Of a stretch of 64,000 nt of DNA, positions 57,198-64,000 are shown in pieces (position 1 is the stretch's first letter; each line of letters begins with the position of its first letter). Origin of the DNA: a virus; IMG/VR virus record IMGVR_UViG_3300026613_000033, positions 505 through 64,504 of that record; one strand, 5' to 3'. The notes below the pieces were generated by a model, which was given only the letters and a program-made list of their open reading frames with translations, did no database searches and was not told the origin of the DNA. The translations under genes and the position numbers were made by a program.

Positions 57198-57422
57198 TTA
57201 AGCAGCGGCTTGTGCTGCTTTATTGTATTGAATGGCGAAGTCCATTTGCTCACGAGGGTTACTACCATCAAACATCATGTCAAGTACGTCACCGTTCGCG
57301 TCAACAACCAAAGCGTCACCGCCAACAAGGTCAAATTTGTAGTCGTAGTTATCGTTCTCAAAAACACCCTTACGTGCTTCAACCCAACCGTATGCCACCA
57401 ATGCGTCTTTTAAATGTTTCAT
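57198..57422 (-). CDS. Small hypothetical early protein
   Basis: Likely start MKHLKD at 57422 after GAGGA; 74 aa; own promoter and terminator. Confidence 0.7.
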   Translation of the reverse strand: MKHLKDALVAYGWVEARKGVFENDNYDYKFDLVGGDALVVDANGDVLDMMFDGSNPREQMDFAIQYNKAAQAAA

Positions 57423-57453
57423 TCTTTTCTTCCTCAATTCATCTTATGTATAC

Positions 57454-57482
57454 ATAATAACGAATGTTTGAGGATTTGTAAA
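57454..57482 (-). promoter_or_regulatory. Early promoter
   Basis: TTTACA-17 nt-TATTAT with an upstream A tract; resembles the T4 early -35 GTTTAC. Confidence 0.7.
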
Positions 57483-57501
57483 GAACTTTTTTAATTATTT
57501 T

Positions 57502-58059
57502 TCACTTAATTGTCGAAAAGTAGGGAGGCATAACAACAGGACCATTCGACGTAATCTTAATCTCAATCACCGTCCATATAATCGTGAAAACCACCGACTC
57601 AATACGGTCGAATAAGTTGACGAAATATGGCGTGTATTCTCTAGTCGTATACCCCGACATTATCGCTGAATAAAACGCACCGACTTTACTGGCAGCGTCG
57701 TTCGTCACCGACAATGGTAAGTCATGCACCGCCACTTTCGGAATGAGTGCGACGGTCGCCCAATACGCCGCCAATGCCTGCGCCAATATCAACGCATTAC
57801 CTTTCGAACCATTACCGACAAAGCTATTGAATGCTTTCTCTAATATGGCCTTCTGTCCGCCGTTGTTTTGAGCGCCGATGACGACACCCGTTCTGGCGTA
57901 GTTGTCGTGACTGTCCGCGAATACCTTTCCTAATTTGACACCTTGGTCGATGGTGTTATGGTAATCGTCCGTCATCACGGGTTCGCCACTGCTATTGAGT
58001 CCACACAATAGGGCATATTGGTCGTAAAGGTTTTGGCCTTGTGTCGCTGTTGATTGCAT
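57502..58059 (-). CDS. Hypothetical virion protein directly after gp5
   Basis: 185 aa, GAG RBS, co-oriented; no PAAR motif visible. Confidence 0.7.
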   Translation of the reverse strand: MQSTATQGQNLYDQYALLCGLNSSGEPVMTDDYHNTIDQGVKLGKVFADSHDNYARTGVVIGAQNNGGQKAILEKAFNSFVGNGSKGNALILAQALAAYWATVALIPKVAVHDLPLSVTNDAASKVGAFYSAIMSGYTTREYTPYFVNLFDRIESVVFTIIWTVIEIKITSNGPVVMPPYFSTIK

Positions 58060-58074
58060 AATGATGTTCTCTTG

Positions 58075-59097
58075 TTACGCTTGGATGAGTACAGTCTTAC
58101 TATAAACGGCACCACCGTTCGCACCAGTACCCGCTTGGAAACCTGAAACGGCGGGTGATGTCGGGCTACCTAAGTTGCCGATATGTGTATGTGTGTTTAA
58201 CCATGGTAATAATTCAGTTTCAATCCATGTTGCCAGTTTTTCGCCTAATACAGCCGACTCAGATGATTCCACACCTATGTTCAAGTTCGGTGCCTTTAAT
58301 GTGAAGTCGCCTACTGAGTTATGTGTGAATGTACCCGCGTTGTCGATGTTGTAGTTTGCATCGACGGTGATGTTCTTGTCCATGATGACATGTTGGTTAC
58401 TGGCACCCGCCGTCATATCGAATTTGTCGCCCACGCTTTTGTATACCACCGCTGAGTTGGTCATCTCGGTGAAGCTTCCGCTCTTATGATACGTCAATAT
58501 GCGCTCGTTCTCTGGGGTATCATCCACTTCGAATAGATGCCCTTGTTCAGTCTCGGTGACTTTGCTGTTTGGGTATGTACTCATGTTCATGGTAGATTCT
58601 GGTTCGTTCCATGAGCCGCCACCGTCGGTGGTTATTTCCATCTCTGTCGATTCGACACGAGCGGTATGAACAGGGTGTACATACTCTTCTGTGTTATTAC
58701 GCGCTTGAATATTGGTGTCTGGTTGGTTTAGGTAGGCTTCGTCGAGAAGTTTTTGTGTAAAACCGTACTCTTCGCTATCCCTAGACACTTGGCTACCAAG
58801 TAATATCATGGCCACCTCTGTATTCATCCCTGCGATGGTGCCTAGTATCAATGGCATTTGGTAATGTTCGTCTAAGAAGACAACTATCATCATTTGGCCT
58901 AGCATAACGCCAGTCGGTGATTTACCCACGCCTGAAAACGTACCGTCGAAGCACCCCGCCGCCGCTTGCGCCCATGGAAGCCCTTCAGTAGGCAATACGG
59001 TTTTATTAGCTGTGTGTACACCGAAAACCCTCACACGGATACGACCTGCTTCAAGAGGGTCTAAAACGTCTTCTACGATACCAAATTTCAAGTTCAT
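58075..59097 (-). CDS. gp5: Baseplate spike gp5 (OB fold plus beta-helix, no lysozyme)
   Basis: GIVEDVLDPLEAGRIRVRVFGVH...LPWA, YPNSKVTETEQGHLFEVDDTPENERI..YHKSGSF; HTH near the C-terminus. Confidence 0.9.
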   Translation of the reverse strand: MNLKFGIVEDVLDPLEAGRIRVRVFGVHTANKTVLPTEGLPWAQAAAGCFDGTFSGVGKSPTGVMLGQMMIVVFLDEHYQMPLILGTIAGMNTEVAMILLGSQVSRDSEEYGFTQKLLDEAYLNQPDTNIQARNNTEEYVHPVHTARVESTEMEITTDGGGSWNEPESTMNMSTYPNSKVTETEQGHLFEVDDTPENERILTYHKSGSFTEMTNSAVVYKSVGDKFDMTAGASNQHVIMDKNITVDANYNIDNAGTFTHNSVGDFTLKAPNLNIGVESSESAVLGEKLATWIETELLPWLNTHTHIGNLGSPTSPAVSGFQAGTGANGGAVYSKTVLIQA

Positions 59098-59099
59098 GT

Positions 59100-60374
59100 T
59101 TACTTACCTAATTTACTATTTTTGTACAAGCGGTTTGCGTCGAATGCCTCACCTCTGCTTGCCAATGTTAATGTTGTTCTTGCCAGTTCATTTTTAGCAA
59201 ATACTTGTTTTGTTTCTATGACAAATCGTTCGCCTGAGTAAACGGGGTCGGATATGTATTCGGCGTTTTTTGCGCCTGCGATGTCAGATGCAATATCGAC
59301 AAAGAATGTGTTACCGACTTCCATGTAAATACTTGACCAGACGACGACGGATATGGTGTCTTGTAATGAAAAACCACGACGATTTAATTCGTACTCTTTG
59401 AAGTGTTTCGATGGTGTCACTTCTTCGTACCTTGCTGTGTTCACTGTCGTCAAAACACGGTCTGCGTCTTTCTTCTCATCGGCCAATAAATTGAACGTAT
59501 ATCCGCTCACCGTTTTGTTCTTTTCGTACTTGTATTCTTCGTACACTTTTCTGAATGGGTCGATGAATTCGTTGACGTTTGAAAACTCTTTATACTCGCG
59601 TCTATTCTCACTAGAGCGCATGTCCAAAGGGGCGTAACTATGTATACGGAAAAACTCATTTGTCTTCACTTCTTCTTTCGCACTTTCTGTTGTATTACGA
59701 CCGAAATCAGGCGACCTATTAGCGAGTGTTTTCACCTCACCAATACGCCAGTAATTATTGAACTTTTCTGTGAACGATTCTGGCGACGCAATGGAATAAC
59801 CCTCTTTCGATTTCATCAACCAAGAGCGCATTTGTTTACCACCCGATGTGAGTGAGTAGCGTATCACATCGTTGACGAAATCGACGGGTTCCATACCGCT
59901 TGGGATGATGGCGTATTCGGGTTCTGTTGTGTCCACCTGAAACCATTCGAATTCGGTTTCGCCCCTACGGGCAATGATGTCCAACATTTGCTTAGAATCC
60001 TTCTCATTGAAGTATAAGCAATTCTTATCTAGGTTGGCCTTATAGTATTCTGTCGATACGCATACCAACTGTGCGAGTTTGTTTACGTCATCACCTGATA
60101 AGCCAACGTCAACGACGGTGAATGCCCTTTGGAAACGATGGCCATTCATACTGTAATTGAATTTGATTTCTGTACCTGAAACAATAGGCAATTGGTTTAC
60201 TATGTTGGCGGTGTTGGTGATGTTAAAAACACCCACTTCATACGGGCGTGAAATATCCTGATAAATCTCACCCATGATGTACATTTCGTTAAAGTAATTC
60301 CAACTGTCGCCAGTGGTGATAGTAGAGTCAAGGAATTCCCATTCACCCGCGATACTGTTCTCAATCTTTGGCAT
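59100..60374 (-). CDS. Baseplate hub protein (gp27-like)
   Basis: 424 aa between gp53 and gp5; IYQDI..PY..G...I.....I...LPI.SG.E N-terminus; C-terminal SGE.FV...KQVF.....T.L.L. Confidence 0.6.
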   Translation of the reverse strand: MPKIENSIAGEWEFLDSTITTGDSWNYFNEMYIMGEIYQDISRPYEVGVFNITNTANIVNQLPIVSGTEIKFNYSMNGHRFQRAFTVVDVGLSGDDVNKLAQLVCVSTEYYKANLDKNCLYFNEKDSKQMLDIIARRGETEFEWFQVDTTEPEYAIIPSGMEPVDFVNDVIRYSLTSGGKQMRSWLMKSKEGYSIASPESFTEKFNNYWRIGEVKTLANRSPDFGRNTTESAKEEVKTNEFFRIHSYAPLDMRSSENRREYKEFSNVNEFIDPFRKVYEEYKYEKNKTVSGYTFNLLADEKKDADRVLTTVNTARYEEVTPSKHFKEYELNRRGFSLQDTISVVVWSSIYMEVGNTFFVDIASDIAGAKNAEYISDPVYSGERFVIETKQVFAKNELARTTLTLASRGEAFDANRLYKNSKLGK

Positions 60375-60375
60375 A

Positions 60376-60993
60376 TTATAAAGCTCGTTTCATTTGGTCT
60401 ACTAGTTCTTGAGTAGGCATTCTTATGTAGCGTCTTGATTCATTCACAGCGGCTTCATATTCGTAAATAGAAATAGGGATTGCACCCTTAGTTCCACGCG
60501 GCACCCAATCGCCATCTTCGGTTTCGAAATGGTGTGGATGGGCTTCTAAAATACCGCCGTCTTCGGTGTAATAATATTGCGCTGTCCAATTGTTTGTTTC
60601 GTTACCTTCGAAGCGTAAATGTTCGTATGTAGTACGCGCTGAGTTCTCTTCGTCATACACCCAACCGTCACCGTCTGGACGGTATAATTTGATGTAGTAT
60701 TTGTCGAAGATGTAGTTCAACAATTGGTTTTGGTTCATGTACCATTCAGTGCGTCTATCCACGATTCTATTGGCGACCAAAATCACCCAATAAAGTGTGG
60801 GGTCGTCATAGGCGGTAGCGGCCAATGATTCAGGTGTGTCCGTTTCATTCACTGGGTACAAGTCAAACTGTACATTGGTTTGGTTAAACCAGTCTTCTGA
60901 TATTTGGTACACGACGGTGAAGTCATTGGCGGTGATGACGGTATTAGCATCAACGCGCCAAGCGATTTCTGGTAGCTTTCGCATTATTTCCAT
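60376..60993 (-). CDS. gp53: Baseplate wedge gp53
   Basis: DTPESLA...YDDP.LYWVILVAN.IVD...EW, ISIYEYE...NE.RR.I..P. Confidence 0.9.
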   Translation of the reverse strand: MEIMRKLPEIAWRVDANTVITANDFTVVYQISEDWFNQTNVQFDLYPVNETDTPESLAATAYDDPTLYWVILVANRIVDRRTEWYMNQNQLLNYIFDKYYIKLYRPDGDGWVYDEENSARTTYEHLRFEGNETNNWTAQYYYTEDGGILEAHPHHFETEDGDWVPRGTKGAIPISIYEYEAAVNESRRYIRMPTQELVDQMKRAL

Positions 60994-61005
60994 GATAATC
61001 CCCTA

Positions 61006-62100
61006 TTAAAAACGTGGCGGGTTAAGTATTTTGTGTTTCGCCTTATCCATCGGCTCGATTTCAGAGAAGTCAAGCTGTATCTGTTTAGATATTGGCGCAC
61101 CATCGGCGTGAATACTGTCCACTTGGTCATTTGGTGTATCACTGACGTTCTGTAAGTAGCAGAAGCCCGTCTTTGGGTAGTATGGGTTTTCCGCCACCTC
61201 ACCCTGCTCATTCATGTAGTAGTAATCGATTTTAAACTCATACGGGTATGAGAATGTGAAACCATTGTTTTCTGGTAACATGCCCGATTCAAGGATACGA
61301 ACGATTTCCTGTAAGTATGTTGAGTCGGCACTATTGGTTGGCACCAAGTTGAACGTGAAGTTAAACACACGATGTTTTACACCCTTGAACAACTGGAACG
61401 AATACGGGTTGATGACACGACCGCTCGATAGCTGTAATGCATTACCGATAACTGGCGCTGAGATGACGTGCTGTTTTAACTGTTCGCCGAATAAGTTGTC
61501 GATGTTACGAATGTCACCACCGATGATACCCGTACCATTTTTCACCAACTGGCCTAAACCACTACCGACTTCTTCGGCGGCGATTTCTACACCCGTGTTA
61601 TTGATACCCATACCCGCTTGAAGGGGTAAACATACCATACCGACTAAATCCATTCTTGAACCGTCGTAGCTGTATTCACCGATGGTATTACCATATGCTT
61701 TCACGGTGTTGGTGGTGTCTTCGAATAAGTTCTTGGCCTTACCCAATAAGCTGTCGGACGGGTTTGATTTTCGTATCTGTGTATCGTCTAAGTTCTTGGC
61801 CAATGTCTCACGCTTGTACATTGAGATTTGCACCCATGCAGGGTATTCAGATGAAGCCAAGTTATAAGGGAAATACATCACATCACCGTTTTCAGCGAAA
61901 CCTGAAGCGTAGTTACTTGGACGTACACCCGTGCTATCCTCTAATGAACGGCTATTTGGGTCTTCTTTCAAGAATTCATCAGCGATAGACGCGATACCAT
62001 TCGCCGACGATGCAAGCTGTCTAATCTTATCTCGTGGGCTACCTGAAATACCAGTCGATGTCACACTATTTAATTTCGTGAATGTGTTAAATGATGGCAT
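61006..62100 (-). CDS. gp48: Baseplate tail-tube cap gp48
   Basis: V.LP, INPY..QLF.GV..R.F.F.F.L.P, YP..F.I.Y, C.L..V, DGAPI....L.F.EIEP. Confidence 0.85.
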   Translation of the reverse strand: MPSFNTFTKLNSVTSTGISGSPRDKIRQLASSANGIASIADEFLKEDPNSRSLEDSTGVRPSNYASGFAENGDVMYFPYNLASSEYPAWVQISMYKRETLAKNLDDTQIRKSNPSDSLLGKAKNLFEDTTNTVKAYGNTIGEYSYDGSRMDLVGMVCLPLQAGMGINNTGVEIAAEEVGSGLGQLVKNGTGIIGGDIRNIDNLFGEQLKQHVISAPVIGNALQLSSGRVINPYSFQLFKGVKHRVFNFTFNLVPTNSADSTYLQEIVRILESGMLPENNGFTFSYPYEFKIDYYYMNEQGEVAENPYYPKTGFCYLQNVSDTPNDQVDSIHADGAPISKQIQLDFSEIEPMDKAKHKILNPPRF

Positions 62101-62133
62101 GTTTGTGTTCCTAAAATGCGTTACTATTGGTCT

Positions 62134-62165
62134 TATTTATGGCAGAAATAAAATTTCAATAAATA
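62134..62165. promoter_or_regulatory. Divergent late promoter pair
   Basis: CATAAATA on minus (62134..62141) before gp48; AATAAATA on plus (62158..62165) before ORF 62212. Confidence 0.65.
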
Positions 62166-62211
62166 GTAAGATACACTTGTTGTTAATTGTACAATTAAAG
62201 GAAAAACAATC

Positions 62212-62601
62212 ATGAATAATTTCAGACCTGCCGACATTGCCAGTGCTTATATTGGTGGCGTAATCAAAGACGAAACAAGACAAGCAGGCGACGAAAAAGT
62301 TGACTTCGCTCGCATCCTTGAGAGTCTTAACACATACATCCAAGGTAAGATTGGTAAATCACCACGCATCACGATGGAATCAATCAACGAAAGCACTTAC
62401 GCATTACAGTCAGCGGACGTAAACACAATGGCCGCATTCGACCAAGTGATTATCGAAGACACGGCTGCTATGTGGCGTAATGGTAAGCTTTGCTGCGAAT
62501 TCAACTGGAAATACGTTGAAAAGAGTGGTCGAATAATCAAAGGTGACAAGCTTTGTCGCGTTGAGCTTACTGCCGATGGCACGATTGTAGCACAGTCATA
62601 A
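62212..62601 (+). CDS. Small late protein of unknown function
   Basis: AAGGA RBS; 129 aa; stop overlaps the next start. Confidence 0.7.
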   Translation: MNNFRPADIASAYIGGVIKDETRQAGDEKVDFARILESLNTYIQGKIGKSPRITMESINESTYALQSADVNTMAAFDQVIIEDTAAMWRNGKLCCEFNWKYVEKSGRIIKGDKLCRVELTADGTIVAQS

Positions 62602-62894
62602 TGAAAAGCTTACAAAAAGTCATAGCGGAAAACACCCCAGAAGCTAAGACGGCTAAAGAGTATGTTAAAAGATTGGATGACTTAGCGGATAAAGTTGAGT
62701 CATTAGAAAAACAATATACTAATAAAGTCTCTGGCAAAGCTGCTAAAGGCTTATACAAATTAGGTCTTAATGATAGTATAAGTCATTCCGAAATGTTGGT
62801 TAAAGATAAGCATGGTCGTGTAACAGATGCCTTTGAAGAACTTCAAATGGCATTAACTGATTTGGCCAATACTATTGATAATTACCATTTATGA
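62601..62894 (+). CDS. Putative internal head protein with T4-like capsid-targeting sequence
   Basis: N-terminus MKSLQKVIAE versus the T4 IPII/IPIII targeting sequence MKTYQEFIAE; 97 aa; late context. Confidence 0.55.
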   Translation: MKSLQKVIAENTPEAKTAKEYVKRLDDLADKVESLEKQYTNKVSGKAAKGLYKLGLNDSISHSEMLVKDKHGRVTDAFEELQMALTDLANTIDNYHL

Positions 62895-62905
62895 TACATC
62901 CCCTA

Positions 62906-62940
62906 TAAAAAGAAACCCGCTCAATGGCGGGTTTTTTTTT
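62906..62940. terminator. Bidirectional terminator between convergent genes
   Basis: AAACCCGC-TCAATG-GCGGGTTT with an A run before and a T run after. Confidence 0.85.
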
Positions 62941-63676
62941 ATTTCTGTGATTTGACAATATCGTTTAATCTGTCAATATAGGAATCAAGGATGTGGTCAC
63001 GGAATGCGTCGAAAGGACGTTCCTTACCAATGATAACCCATAGACGGCTAATGAAAATGTCACGCCATATCTTACGACGGGATGGGTTGATTATCACATC
63101 ACCGTGGCGGTCAATATAAATCACCGTTTCATGCTTAGGTAAAATACCGTGGTTATAGAAGAACGCGATACGACATACGATGTCGCTTTGGTTGACAACA
63201 CGGATATACTCAGTGCCTTCCACCTTGCGTTTCTTCTTACATGAGTTAGGTTCACCGAATGTGTACACCTTGTCAACGCGCATCTTCATAGACAATAGCT
63301 TACATACCGCACCACCTAGTGAGTGACCGAATATGACGACTTCTTTACCATCAGTGTTGATGTTTTCTTTGATATAGCGTAATACACGGTTACACGATGA
63401 CAGAAAGCCTTGGTGGGCTGTACCTATCACCTCATCTTCTTCTTCCTGAATACGAATGTCGATTAAGAGGTCTTCAAGGTCTTTTGTGCCACCGATAGCG
63501 ATGATTACTTTCTCGTCATTTTCGAAGATGAACGCATCTACCTTAATGTCGGGAACCTTGTGATATTCCATAGGCGTTGATTCGCCTAGTACAACTTTCG
63601 TTCCATTTTCAGGAAAACCGTCTTTAGTGCATTCTTTCAGCATATAACAAGCATTTAAAAGCTTTTCGTAAAGCAT
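62939..63676 (-). CDS. Class-3 lipase (alpha/beta hydrolase)
   Basis: IAIGGT, AHQGF, GHSLGG nucleophile elbow, YTFGEP, RVVNQSDIV, C-terminal DH; likely start MLYEK at 63676 after GGAG (245 aa), not the 63913 start in the ORF track. Confidence 0.85.
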   Translation of the reverse strand: MLYEKLLNACYMLKECTKDGFPENGTKVVLGESTPMEYHKVPDIKVDAFIFENDEKVIIAIGGTKDLEDLLIDIRIQEEEDEVIGTAHQGFLSSCNRVLRYIKENINTDGKEVVIFGHSLGGAVCKLLSMKMRVDKVYTFGEPNSCKKKRKVEGTEYIRVVNQSDIVCRIAFFYNHGILPKHETVIYIDRHGDVIINPSRRKIWRDIFISRLWVIIGKERPFDAFRDHILDSYIDRLNDIVKSQK

Positions 63677-63688
63677 AAGTTTTTTCTC

Positions 63689-63718
63689 CATAAATAAGAA
63701 CATAAAACAATATTTATT
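63689..63718. promoter_or_regulatory. Overlapping divergent late promoters
   Basis: CATAAATA on plus (63689..63696) before ORF 63741; AATAAATA on minus (63711..63718) before the lipase. Confidence 0.55.
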
Positions 63719-63740
63719 GCAAAACCAATTGGAGTTCAAA

Positions 63741-64000
63741 ATGAGCGATATTAAAGAAATCTTTGAAAATTCTGAATACGAACTAGTAAGAGAAATGAAA
63801 GCCGTAGCAGAAGCTGCAATGTATGATTTCGTTGGCGAACAGCAAATCAAAGAAAGCATCGGTATCGAAGACGACCTTAAAGACACAGTATTAGAATACG
63901 CACAAAAGTACAACCGTGCTGAGTTCTTTGAAAAAATCCGTGCTTTAGGTTTACCACGTACTAGCCCAATCGTTGAAGCTGTATTGCCTATTTTAAAGGA
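63741..64000 (+). CDS. Late protein, truncated at the right edge (not in the ORF track)
   Basis: GGAG RBS; hand translation MSDIKEIFENSEYELVREMK...VEAVLPILK is open to the end of the window. Confidence 0.7.
   Translation, partial: MSDIKEIFENSEYELVREMKAVAEAAMYDFVGEQQIKESIGIEDDLKDTVLEYAQKYNRAEFFEKIRALGLPRTSPIVEAVLPILK

Noticed and set aside
46293-62212. tRNA or other structured RNA genes in intergenic gaps
   Set aside because: The gaps are short and explained by promoters and terminators; no cloverleaf or T-loop motif was found.
63677-63913. 79-aa N-terminal extension of the lipase given in the ORF track
   Set aside because: It overlaps a plus-strand gene with its own RBS and promoter; a GGAG RBS supports the start at 63676.

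Overview
This window is 64 kb of a large T4-like myovirus genome (Caudoviricetes, with Tevenvirinae-type baseplate and neck genes) and is almost entirely virion morphogenesis. Nearly everything is on the minus strand. Reading in transcription order (right to left): gp48, gp53, a hub-like gene, gp5 (no lysozyme, HxH tip), an unknown gene, gp25, gp6, gp7, gp8, VrlC/DUF4815-like, gp14, gp15. A ~35 kb array of 16-17 fibre, adhesin and beta-propeller genes built from shuffled shared modules follows. Two islands of small genes with sigma70-type promoters interrupt the baseplate cluster. At the right end are small late genes (one with a T4-like capsid-targeting N-terminus) and a class-3 lipase. Late promoters read (C/A)ATAAATA. 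The most striking observations are (1) a fibre/propeller gene split by a +1 frame change at a UUU-UCC site in mid-propeller, (2) two fibre-tip + PARCEL/BspA adhesin gene pairs plus three tandem propeller paralogs, (3) a 23-cysteine metallothionein-like tail on neck protein gp14, and (4) a Pro-rich / Tyr-heptad insertion in gp7 resembling the antigen I/II stalk. I saw no tRNA, CRISPR array, integrase, transposase, reverse transcriptase or homing endonuclease. All family assignments come from recalled motifs, not database searches.
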